Shown here piece by piece: positions 1 to 8,793 of a stretch of 64,000 nt of DNA. The stretch covers positions 1,607 through 65,606 of the forward strand of contig SVDE01000002.1 of NCBI GenBank assembly GCA_015057955.1, given 5' to 3'. Every line of letters begins with the position of its first letter. Position 1 is the stretch's first letter. This DNA comes from Lachnospiraceae bacterium (GTDB taxonomy: Bacteria > Bacillota > Clostridia > Lachnospirales > Lachnospiraceae). Under the pieces are notes generated by a model. That model made no database searches. It was not told where the DNA came from and saw nothing but the letters and a program-made list of their open reading frames with translations. Both the position numbers and the translations under genes were made by a program.

Positions 1-1
1 A

Positions 2-2131
2 AAACGCCGTGAAAAGGTCAATGCCTGGACTTTGTTCTGGTTTCCGTTTCTTGTCATATATCTTGAATTCATGCTGCGGCTACTGACTAAAACGCCGCTG
101 TTTGCAAACTGGTTTTACCCGGCCGCTTTCGGCTTTGCGTTCGGTCTGCTGATCTCGGCATTTGTGCATCTGTTCCCGCCTAAAGCCGTAAGAGTCCTCT
201 CGATAATCGGCACGATCGCCCTGTGCTTCTTCTACGGGATGATGACCATTATCTATAATTCGTACGGCGCTTTCATGACCATAAACACCATCAAGGCCAA
301 TGCCGGCAATGTCGCAGGCGGTTTCTTTAAAATGATGATGCTGGCCATCTTAAGCAACTGGTACGTTGTCATATTAGCCCTGCTCCCGTTAGTATTCTAC
401 TGCCTGTTCGGGAAAAAGACTTTCAGGCCGCACAGATACAGATGGCCGATGGCTGTCGTCTTTGTGGTTGTTTCTCTTTTCCTGTTTGCTGTCACAACGA
501 TCTTCGCGGCTACGGGAAAGACTGCGTCAAGGTATGACAAGCAGTATAACTTCTCCTCCGCAGTACAGACCTTCGGCCTTACATGCGGCATAAGGCTGAA
601 CAGCGCATATGCCTCAAGAACTGCCGGTTTTACGGTCATCGATCACCCGGGAGATGATACGCCTGAGACCGAAACTGATGAGAACGGCCAGCCTGTTGAA
701 ACTACTGCAGCTGCCCAGACTCCCAAGACATACGGCAAGAATATTATGGATATCGACTTTGCCGGACTGGCCGCTTCCACTTCCAACGATGACTGGAAGA
801 GCCTGGATGAGTATGTCCAGACTGTTCCGGCTTCAAACCAGAATGAATATACAGGTTTGTTCAAAGGCAAGAATCTCATACTCATAACCGCGGAAGCCTT
901 CTATGATGGTTTCGTTGACCCGAACCTCACTCCTGCGCTCTACAGGCTGATCCATAACGGATTCTATTTTTCAGATTACTATCAGCCCGCGTGGGGAGGC
1001 AGCACCATAACCGGTGAGCTTTCAAATGTTCTGGGACTTGCTCCGACTAACAGTGTGGATACGATCTATGAGACCATAGGCCATAATAATTACTTCACCA
1101 TGGGCAACCAGCTTCAGCGCCTCGGTTATTACAACATCGCTTATCATGATGGCGACTATGATTTCTATGACCGCCATACAACCCATGAGAATCTCGGCTA
1201 CGGAGAATGGATGGCCATCGGAAACGGCCTTGAGGACATCACGAACGCATGGCCCGGCGACGAACTGACATTTGACGCTACCATGGATACATATCTTGAT
1301 CTCCAGCCGTTCAGCATCTACTACATGACCGTCTCCGGCCACTGTACCTATGACGCTGATGACTACAAGGTCGATCAGTATTATGACCTTGTCAACAGCT
1401 ATTACCCGGATCTCATGGAGACGACCAAGTACTTCATCTGCTACCAGATGCAGCTTGAAGATGCTTTCAAGGTCATGCTCGACAAACTTGAAAAAGCCGG
1501 TATCGCTGATGACACCGTTATCGTCATGACAACAGACCACTACCCTTACGGACTTGCCTACGGATCCTTCGGCAATACCGAAGACTATCTTTCAGATCTG
1601 TACGGCCATCCGACCGATGAGGACTGGGACCGTGACGAGAGCGGTCTGATCATATGGAGCGGATGCCTCGAGCATGAGAATAAAAACATGGCAAAAGAGA
1701 TATCCACCCCCGTTACAAGCCTGGATATCCTTCCGACTCTCTCAAATCTTTTCGGTCTGGAATATGACTCAAGGCTTCTTGTCGGAAGAGATGTGTTCTC
1801 AAATACCGAACCGCTCGTGTTCTGGCTTGACTACACATGGAAGACCGACAAAGGCCTTTATGATTCTTATACCGAGGAGTTCTATCCTGCTGACGGCGCC
1901 AATATGTCTGAAGAAGAGCAGGAGAAATACATCGACAGGATAACCCAGACAGTCATCAATAAGATAAATTATTCAAGAGCTGCCGTGTCATCCGACTATT
2001 TCTATCACCTGTTCGGTGAAGATACTGATACAAGTACAAATGAAGATGCCGTAAGGGCGGCAAATGCTGCAAAACCTGCACAGCCGTCCACGGAAGAGAA
2101 TACAGAAACTACTGCTTCGGATGATGATTAA
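2..2131 (+). CDS. LtaS/sulfatase-family membrane protein (alkaline-phosphatase superfamily); 5' end probably lies upstream of the window
   Basis: The frame is open from nt 2 with no upstream stop, and the tracked start at 32 is TTG. There are five N-terminal hydrophobic helices, an acidic/Thr-rich linker, then a sulfatase-like ectodomain (NLILITAEAF, GGSTITGE, TTDHYPYG) and an acidic low-complexity tail. Confidence 0.6.
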   Translation, partial: KRREKVNAWTLFWFPFLVIYLEFMLRLLTKTPLFANWFYPAAFGFAFGLLISAFVHLFPPKAVRVLSIIGTIALCFFYGMMTIIYNSYGAFMTINTIKANAGNVAGGFFKMMMLAILSNWYVVILALLPLVFYCLFGKKTFRPHRYRWPMAVVFVVVSLFLFAVTTIFAATGKTASRYDKQYNFSSAVQTFGLTCGIRLNSAYASRTAGFTVIDHPGDDTPETETDENGQPVETTAAAQTPKTYGKNIMDIDFAGLAASTSNDDWKSLDEYVQTVPASNQNEYTGLFKGKNLILITAEAFYDGFVDPNLTPALYRLIHNGFYFSDYYQPAWGGSTITGELSNVLGLAPTNSVDTIYETIGHNNYFTMGNQLQRLGYYNIAYHDGDYDFYDRHTTHENLGYGEWMAIGNGLEDITNAWPGDELTFDATMDTYLDLQPFSIYYMTVSGHCTYDADDYKVDQYYDLVNSYYPDLMETTKYFICYQMQLEDAFKVMLDKLEKAGIADDTVIVMTTDHYPYGLAYGSFGNTEDYLSDLYGHPTDEDWDRDESGLIIWSGCLEHENKNMAKEISTPVTSLDILPTLSNLFGLEYDSRLLVGRDVFSNTEPLVFWLDYTWKTDKGLYDSYTEEFYPADGANMSEEEQEKYIDRITQTVINKINYSRAAVSSDYFYHLFGEDTDTSTNEDAVRAANAAKPAQPSTEENTETTASDDD

Positions 2132-2156
2132 CAGATCATCATCCGAATGTTTTATT
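2118..2156. terminator. Hairpin between convergent genes (CGGATGATGAT-TAACAG-ATCATCATCCG) followed by a T-rich tract
   Basis: An 11-bp perfect stem spans the stop codon of the LtaS-like gene. TGTTTTATT follows on the + strand. Confidence 0.45.
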
Positions 2157-3156
2157 GGTCATATGTTGCTTTAAGCGTGTAGAATTCTCCGACCGCAATG
2201 ATCATTGCGGCTATAACAAATGCCACTGCGAAAGGCATTTTTATGTACTGCGCCGCGAAACAGAAAAGAGTATTTACAGAATACTTGATTATGGCTATGA
2301 CAAGCCTTCGAAAGCCCGGCCGGTACCTGACCCATCTGAACAGGGTAAACCTTTCCACCACCATGCACAGCAGGTAATGGATGCCGAAGCATATCATTAT
2401 CACGAACTCGAAATACTTATATCCCATGAAAATGGTCGCCAATATGACCAGGATGAGCTCTATAGCGCATGATATCACTACGAACATGTTAGACTGGAAA
2501 TAAGTTTTATAGATCCTCAGCGTATCTTTGATCGGTTTGAAATGAGAACCGGCATTATTGTCAAAATAGATGGTCTCGATAGGGACCTTGGTAAGCCTGA
2601 TCCCCTGTTTTTCTGCAACAAGGAGAACATTCAGCTCATAATCGTATTTAAAGCCTGCTACTTTGAGCATCCACTCTATGTGCCTGCTTGCAAATCCGCG
2701 CAGTCCCGACTGGTTGTCAGGCAGATACCTTGCGTTTGCGATCGCGAACATAAAACGGGATATGCCGTTTCCTATCCTTGAAAGGAACGGAGCCTTGCGG
2801 TGCAGGTTCCTGACGGTGATGACAAATTCCGCGCCGGCCTTAAGTTCATCCCTGACCCTGCATATGTCCTTTACGCTGTGCTGGCCGTCTGCGTCCGCTG
2901 TGACGAAACCTTCGGAGTCAGGACAGTTCAGGAGAATATAGGTCATCCCGAATTTCAGGGCATAGCCCTTGCCGGAATTTTCTTCGTATCCGATGACTGT
3001 GGCTTTTTCTCTGCACTTGTCAAAAATACCCGCATACTCCGGTTTGCTTCCGTCATTGACAATGACGATGTCAAAAGCATTTTCCTTAAGCTGATCCACG
3101 AGTTCGATCAGCTTTACATCCGGGTCATATGCAGGTATCAGTACGATGACTGCCAT
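2152..3156 (-). CDS. Family-2 glycosyltransferase (polyprenyl-phosphate glycosyltransferase type) fused to a C-terminal GtrA-like 4-TM domain
   Basis: N-terminus VLIPAYDPD...IVIVNDGS and a DADGQH motif are typical of GtrB/DPM1-like GT2 enzymes. The C-terminal ~110 aa form four hydrophobic helices. The start lies 4 nt after the plsX-like stop. Confidence 0.7.
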   Translation of the reverse strand: MAVIVLIPAYDPDVKLIELVDQLKENAFDIVIVNDGSKPEYAGIFDKCREKATVIGYEENSGKGYALKFGMTYILLNCPDSEGFVTADADGQHSVKDICRVRDELKAGAEFVITVRNLHRKAPFLSRIGNGISRFMFAIANARYLPDNQSGLRGFASRHIEWMLKVAGFKYDYELNVLLVAEKQGIRLTKVPIETIYFDNNAGSHFKPIKDTLRIYKTYFQSNMFVVISCAIELILVILATIFMGYKYFEFVIMICFGIHYLLCMVVERFTLFRWVRYRPGFRRLVIAIIKYSVNTLFCFAAQYIKMPFAVAFVIAAMIIAVGEFYTLKATYDQ

Positions 3157-3160
3157 ATAG

Positions 3161-4111
3161 TCAATTCATCCTTGCTGCCATTTTTTCCGTAAAGCCGCCC
3201 CTGTCAAGAGCTATTGCCTGCATAATGCATGAGCAGATGGTGTCCGCGCTCGCTGCACCGTGCGCCTTTACGATGATCTTCTTTGTTCCAAGGAAGGTTG
3301 CTCCGCCGAGATTGTTGTAGTCAAAGAACTTTACAACATTTTCGGGGCGCCCCGCCATATTTGCCGCTGCCATTCCGGCGGCTTCGAGTGTCTTCAGTAT
3401 AACATTGCCAGTAAATCCGTCGCAAACAATTACGTCTGCAATGTCCATGAGAATGTCTGAACCCTCGATATTGCCGATAAAATTAATGCTCTCATCGGCT
3501 TCAAGCATTTCGTAGGCTTTTTTCGCAAGGTCATTGCCCTTGCCTTTTTCCCTGCCGACATTTACGAGTCCGACCCTTGGGGCTTCAACACCGTTCATGG
3601 CTTCCATGAAAGCAGACCCCATGCGGGCATAATCTTTAATGTCTTTGACCGCCGGATTTACGTTGGCTCCGCAGTCGACCAGGCAGAAATATCTGCCGTT
3701 TATGTTAAACAGCGCGCTTGAGAGTGCCGGCTGTTTGAGCCCCTTAAACAGGCCGAGCCTGAAGATCGATCCCACCATAAGGCTGCCCGTGCTTCCGGCG
3801 CATACCATTCCGGCAATGTCGTCCCTTTCCTTAAGTGTGGAAAGAGCCGCGACCATGCTGGTACCGTCCTGCCCCTTTATCATGTCGATCGGATTGTCAT
3901 GGTTGGTAACGGTTTTATCCGCCGGAATGATCTCAACGCGTTCCCGGACCGCCTCATCTTCCGCCTCAAATGCTTTCTCTATTATACCTTGAGGTCCCAC
4001 AATGGCAAGGTCATATTCATTCTGTTCTTTAAGAGCGCTGACAGCTCCTCTTACAATGACCTGTGGAGCCTCATCGGCTCCACATATGTCAACTATTATT
4101 TTTTTATTCAT
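3161..4111 (-). CDS. plsX: PlsX-family phosphate acyltransferase paralogue
   Basis: Motifs match PlsX: CGADEAP (cf. GGDHAP), CAGSTGSLM, VDCGANV, NVGREKGKGN, CDGFTGNVILKTLE, KAHGAAS. Length is 316 aa. Confidence 0.65.
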   Translation of the reverse strand: MNKKIIVDICGADEAPQVIVRGAVSALKEQNEYDLAIVGPQGIIEKAFEAEDEAVRERVEIIPADKTVTNHDNPIDMIKGQDGTSMVAALSTLKERDDIAGMVCAGSTGSLMVGSIFRLGLFKGLKQPALSSALFNINGRYFCLVDCGANVNPAVKDIKDYARMGSAFMEAMNGVEAPRVGLVNVGREKGKGNDLAKKAYEMLEADESINFIGNIEGSDILMDIADVIVCDGFTGNVILKTLEAAGMAAANMAGRPENVVKFFDYNNLGGATFLGTKKIIVKAHGAASADTICSCIMQAIALDRGGFTEKMAARMN

Positions 4112-4121
4112 AACAGTTATC

Positions 4122-5795
4122 CTATTCTATTGAGAATATGTAGTCGTACACTTTCTGTCCGCCGTTGATGAATCCGTATTCAACCCAGCCGAACTCACGC
4201 TCAATGGCTTCCCCGAGACGTTCTATTTCGTCTTCGGTTACGTTTTCCCCATAGAATATGGAGATAACATCTTTGGACCCGATATCTTCGGTTGCTTTGA
4301 GCAGTTTTATTGAGGCATCTATCCTGTCTTCAGAATCCGACAGGATCTGGTGTCCGTCAAGACCTATATAGTGTCCCTTCTTGACCGAGATGTTTTCGTA
4401 GTCCACGTCCCTGATCGCAGTTGTGATCAATCCGGTCTTTGTGTTTTCAATGCAGCTTTCCATCTCGTCAATGACCCTGCCGCAGTCGCCGTCAGTCAGA
4501 TCCATCATCGATATCGCTGAATATACCTCAGCAATCGTTTTTGCCTTAACAACGTGCACCCTTGCGGCAGTATAAAGCTCTGCTGCCTGGGTCGAAGCCA
4601 TGACGATGTTTGAATTGCCGGGAAGGACAATTATGTCATCGGCATCAAGTTTTTCAAAAGCAGACAGAAAATCTTCCGTGGACGGATTTTCGGTCTGCCC
4701 GCCGTCAACGCAGATGTCGACTCCTATCTCTGTAAAGAGTTCCCTCAGGCCTTCTCCATTCACCACCGTCACAACAGCTATCTGTTTATGCTCAGCTTTC
4801 GGCGGTGTGAGAGCTCCTTCCTTTCCAAACATGCTGTTTTCATTGTGCTGGATCATCATGTTCTCGATCTTGAGAGTAATGAATTCACCAAACTGCTGTA
4901 CAAAGTTCAGTACCTTTCCGGGTGTGAATGTATGGACATGAACCTTTACAAGATCATCATCTTTTATCGCAACGATAGAATTGCCTATCGACTCCAGATA
5001 ACTGATGATCGTCTTGATGTCAAACGAAGGTATGTCGACCTTTGCATTCTGGAGCTGGAGGATGAATTCGGTGCAGTAGCCGAATTCCATCTCTGTGTCG
5101 GCATTGAACTTTGATGCGTCAAAGCTCTGTGCCGCAGAATGAGACTGCTCGCCGCTGAAATCCTCAAGTCCTTCTATCTTCTCTCCATTTATGGTCTTTT
5201 CCATCCCGCGGAAAATGCACAGGAGACCGGCTCCGCCCGAGTCTATGACGCCTGATTCCTTAAGGATAGGCAGGAGATCCGGTGTATGCTCAAGTGAATC
5301 ATCCATACGGACATTCAGTTTTTTGAACAGATCATCAAAATTCTGGATGTCCTCATGTTCAGCCAGATATTCCCAGCCTTCTCTCATGACTGTCAGTATG
5401 GTTCCTTCAGTCGGTGTGATGACGGCTTCATATGCCCTGTCCACTCCGGCTTTCATTGCCTTTGCGAATCCCTTTGTGTCAAGAATGCTCATTCCTTCAC
5501 AGCCTATGGAGAATCCTCTGAAAAACTGTGACAGGATGACGCCTGAGTTTCCTCTTGCTCCGAGAAGCGCGCCTCTTGCGAATTTTTTGGAAAACTCGTA
5601 AACGTCCTTTGTGTCAGAGTCAGCCACTGCCCTGACTCCGCCTTCAATAGTCATCATCATGTTGTTTCCGGTATCCCCGTCGGGGATCGGAAATACGTTA
5701 AGTTCATCAATAACGGCGGCATTGAGCTTTAAGTTGGCCATGCCGCCTGTAAATAGCTCTTTAAGATCTGCTCCGTCAAGAGTTGTATGTGCCAT
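4122..5795 (-). CDS. fakA: Fatty acid kinase ATP-binding subunit FakA (DhaL/DAK2 domain protein)
   Basis: It has the N-terminal DhaL motif PIPDGDTGNNM and ARGNSGVILSQ. The ~557-aa architecture is typical of YloV/FakA, and it lies directly downstream of two DegV genes. Confidence 0.85.
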   Translation of the reverse strand: MAHTTLDGADLKELFTGGMANLKLNAAVIDELNVFPIPDGDTGNNMMMTIEGGVRAVADSDTKDVYEFSKKFARGALLGARGNSGVILSQFFRGFSIGCEGMSILDTKGFAKAMKAGVDRAYEAVITPTEGTILTVMREGWEYLAEHEDIQNFDDLFKKLNVRMDDSLEHTPDLLPILKESGVIDSGGAGLLCIFRGMEKTINGEKIEGLEDFSGEQSHSAAQSFDASKFNADTEMEFGYCTEFILQLQNAKVDIPSFDIKTIISYLESIGNSIVAIKDDDLVKVHVHTFTPGKVLNFVQQFGEFITLKIENMMIQHNENSMFGKEGALTPPKAEHKQIAVVTVVNGEGLRELFTEIGVDICVDGGQTENPSTEDFLSAFEKLDADDIIVLPGNSNIVMASTQAAELYTAARVHVVKAKTIAEVYSAISMMDLTDGDCGRVIDEMESCIENTKTGLITTAIRDVDYENISVKKGHYIGLDGHQILSDSEDRIDASIKLLKATEDIGSKDVISIFYGENVTEDEIERLGEAIEREFGWVEYGFINGGQKVYDYIFSIE

Positions 5796-5798
5796 GTG

Positions 5799-6689
5799 TC
5801 ATGCCTCGCCTACTGTTGTTACTTCATCTCCGACAAAATAGATTGCCGCTGTTCCCGGGCCTACAGATGCTCCAACGATCGGTCCGATATAGCCGCATAC
5901 TATTTCCTTGCAGCTGATCTTCTTTTCGAGATGCTCTTTTATTGCCTGTGCTGTTTCCTCTGTATCTGCATGGGAAATATATACGACCTGATCTTCAGGG
6001 TTCCTGATCTCTTCAGCCGCCATGCTGCAGATCTCCTCAATGGCTCCCTGTGTTCCCTTGACCTTCTTGACAGCAAAGTTCTGTCCCTTTGCGTCAGAAA
6101 TGAGGATCGGCTTGATACCGATAAGATTTCCGAAGAAAGCGCTTGACGCGGTCACGCGGCCTGCTCTCTTAAGATATGACAGACTTGCCGGGAATGCAAC
6201 CTGATGTACTTTCAGTTTGTTTGCCTCAACATAGTCCGCGGTTTCATCAACGTCCTTGCCGGCAGCTCTCATCTCACTTGCCCAGATGAGCATGATGCCC
6301 TGACCGAACGAGCTGTTCTTGGCATCAACGCATCTGATGGAGGCTCCCGGATACTTTTCAACCAGCTCCTGAGCAACAAGAACAGCCTGGTTGATGGAGC
6401 CTGAAAGCGCGCCGGAGCATGAGATATACAGAACATCCTTCCCTGCTTCCAAAGCTTCGGTGAATCTCTTCTCATAGCTTTCAACAGGCACCTGTGTGGT
6501 GGTGATCCTCTTGCCGTTTCTCATCGCGTCATAGAATTCCTTGACAGAAAGAGACTCCCAGTCAAGTGATGCCGGATACTCCTTACCGTCCAGGATATAA
6601 TTCATCGGCACGTAATCGATGCCGTATCTGCTGCGTATCTCTTTATCCAGATCGCAGGTGGAATCTCCGAAAATAACAAAATCTCTCAT
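5799..6689 (-). CDS. DegV-family fatty-acid-binding protein (FakB-like)
   Basis: DegV hallmarks are present (IFGDSTCDL, TTTQVP, ISCSGALSGS) at ~296 aa. A GGGAGGA RBS precedes the ATG. Confidence 0.85.
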   Translation of the reverse strand: MRDFVIFGDSTCDLDKEIRSRYGIDYVPMNYILDGKEYPASLDWESLSVKEFYDAMRNGKRITTTQVPVESYEKRFTEALEAGKDVLYISCSGALSGSINQAVLVAQELVEKYPGASIRCVDAKNSSFGQGIMLIWASEMRAAGKDVDETADYVEANKLKVHQVAFPASLSYLKRAGRVTASSAFFGNLIGIKPILISDAKGQNFAVKKVKGTQGAIEEICSMAAEEIRNPEDQVVYISHADTEETAQAIKEHLEKKISCKEIVCGYIGPIVGASVGPGTAAIYFVGDEVTTVGEA

Positions 6690-6701
6690 TTATAATCCTC
6701 C

Positions 6702-7640
6702 CTATTTCAGATTCTCAGCAATCTTTTGCATGACCTCTTTCTCCCAGGCCATATCAGCCGTTGCTTCCTTCCCGAAGTAGAATGCCGCTACCATTCCGGG
6801 TCCGATGTTTGCTCCGCAGAGCATGTCTGCCCTCAGGCATATGATCTCCGCCGGCTTGATCTCGTTCTCGACCATTTCTTTAAGCTTTTCAGCTTCTTTT
6901 GCCCTGTATGAGTGGCTGATCAGCATTATCTGATCTTCTGCGCCTTCAATGGTCTGCTTAATGTATTCAACTGCTGCCCTCAGGGCCTTATCTGTTCCCT
7001 TTACATTTGTGAGCACCATTGATACTCCGTTTGGAGCGTAATCGCCAAGAGCGTTAACTCCGACAAGCTGACCGAAGAAAGCCTTGGCTCCTGAGATCCT
7101 TTTTGTCCTTGCGAGGAACATGAGATCATTGAGCGGGCCTGCCTGCCTGAAGCGGTTCCTGTTCTCCTCGATCCACTTTGCTGTCTCGTCAATGCTCCTG
7201 CCCTCTGCACGCATCTGGGATGCTTTGATGTTCATGAGGATCATCATGGCAGAAAAACGAAGTGAATCGACTACGACCAGTCTGTTTCCGGGATACTCCT
7301 CCTTAAGCTGATTGCTGACTGCGCAGCAGATGCTGTATGTTCCGCTCATGCCTGAAGAGAGTGTGATCAGAAGGACATCCCTTCCTTCTTTCAGAAATTT
7401 CTCTGCTGTTTCCTTGATCTCTTCAGAGTTCGGGGCGCCGGTCTTATATATGGCTTTCTTTTTTGCCATCGATCCGAAATATTCGTCGGGATCCACTGTT
7501 ATCCAGTCAGGGTCCGCCAGATGATCTGTTCCGTCAGGAAATGTTACATGTCCCGGGATGATATCATCGATTCCGAATCTCTCTCTGAGCGCGCTGCTCA
7601 TACCGCTGGCAGGGTCTGCAATAATGGCAAAATTGTTCAT
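6702..7640 (-). CDS. DegV-family fatty-acid-binding protein (FakB-like), second paralogue
   Basis: DegV-like layout (IIADPASGM, ITLSSGMSGTY) at 312 aa. An AGGAGGA RBS precedes the ATG. Confidence 0.8.
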   Translation of the reverse strand: MNNFAIIADPASGMSSALRERFGIDDIIPGHVTFPDGTDHLADPDWITVDPDEYFGSMAKKKAIYKTGAPNSEEIKETAEKFLKEGRDVLLITLSSGMSGTYSICCAVSNQLKEEYPGNRLVVVDSLRFSAMMILMNIKASQMRAEGRSIDETAKWIEENRNRFRQAGPLNDLMFLARTKRISGAKAFFGQLVGVNALGDYAPNGVSMVLTNVKGTDKALRAAVEYIKQTIEGAEDQIMLISHSYRAKEAEKLKEMVENEIKPAEIICLRADMLCGANIGPGMVAAFYFGKEATADMAWEKEVMQKIAENLK

Positions 7641-7660
7641 TTTTAATTTCCTCCTCTCGT

Positions 7661-7679
7661 GATACGGCTCAGCCGTATC
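7661..7679. promoter_or_regulatory. Perfect 8-bp inverted repeat GATACGGC-TCA-GCCGTATC in the 5' leader of the fakB operon
   Basis: Read directly from the sequence. It lies 21-39 nt upstream of the first DegV ATG, just beyond its RBS. Confidence 0.3.
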
Positions 7680-7815
7680 GATACACTTTGCTGATTGTAT
7701 CCCAAAGGAGAAACCTATTCAATGAACAATGTAGCTTCGGCATTTAAAAACTGCTGATTTTGAGACATTTTAACTCATTTCTGTCGCAAAAACAATTATA
7801 GAAAAAAACCAGCAT

Positions 7816-8793
7816 ATGATATATACTCATCTCATGTCTGTTTTACTTATAATTATCTTAATAATATTGTTTCTGTTGATCAGCGGAGTAGTGTTTTCCT
7901 TTTTTTACTGCCGCAATATAGCCAAAGGTGTGTACAACGACATGCTTGTCCGTACTTCGCCTGACAAATGGGGCCGTGAATGTTCCGCTCCCGAAAATGA
8001 GGAGCATCTTGAAATGTGGAACAGAGGCTGCAACTGGGCCCGCCTGAACAAAGACAGAATGACCGAAGTAGACGTTACAAATGACGGTTTCAGGCTTTAC
8101 GGCGAGTACTACGATTTCGGATTTGACAAAGCCGCGATCATCATACCCGGAAGAAGCGAATCGCTCATGTACTCTTACTACTTTGCGATCCCCTATCACA
8201 AGGCCGGATGTAATGTACTCGTGATCGATATCCGCTCTCACGGCAACTCAGAAGGAAAATACAACTATGTCTGCAAGGGAGAAGACGGTGACATCCTTGC
8301 CTGGGCAGATCTGCTCCATGACAGATTCGGCATGGATACCATCATTTTGCACGGCATATGCATCGGCGCGGGAACCTGCGTCCTTTTGACTGCCAGAGAT
8401 GATTGTCCAGATTTCATAAAGGCCATCGTATCTGAGGGCGGCTATATCAGCTTCCCTGAAACTTTCCGCAGGCACATGAACCAGATCCATAAACCGGTAT
8501 TTCCTGTCATGCAGATGGTCATGCACGAACTTAAAAAACACACCGGCACAGATGTATACAAGTCCAGGCCGATCGATTTCATAGACAAAGTCAGAGTACC
8601 GTTCCTTTTCCTCTGCGGCAAAAAGGATCAGTCTTCCCTGCCGAAGTGCTCGCAAATGCTCTTTGACAGATGCGGCTCAAAAGACAAGGAGATCGTGTGG
8701 TTCGAAGAAGGAGCCCACTCCCATCTGCGCATAGCCGATGAGGAAGCATACGACAACACCATCAGGGAATTCATTCAAAGGAGATTCGGATGA
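7816..8793 (+). CDS. Membrane-anchored alpha/beta-hydrolase with a Cys in the nucleophile elbow
   Basis: N-terminal TM helix, HGNSEG, nucleophile-elbow-like GICIG (Cys182, TGC 8359-8361), then candidate Asp (GKKDQ) and His (GAHSH). No clear RBS, so the start is uncertain. Confidence 0.6.
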   Translation: MIYTHLMSVLLIIILIILFLLISGVVFSFFYCRNIAKGVYNDMLVRTSPDKWGRECSAPENEEHLEMWNRGCNWARLNKDRMTEVDVTNDGFRLYGEYYDFGFDKAAIIIPGRSESLMYSYYFAIPYHKAGCNVLVIDIRSHGNSEGKYNYVCKGEDGDILAWADLLHDRFGMDTIILHGICIGAGTCVLLTARDDCPDFIKAIVSEGGYISFPETFRRHMNQIHKPVFPVMQMVMHELKKHTGTDVYKSRPIDFIDKVRVPFLFLCGKKDQSSLPKCSQMLFDRCGSKDKEIVWFEEGAHSHLRIADEEAYDNTIREFIQRRFG

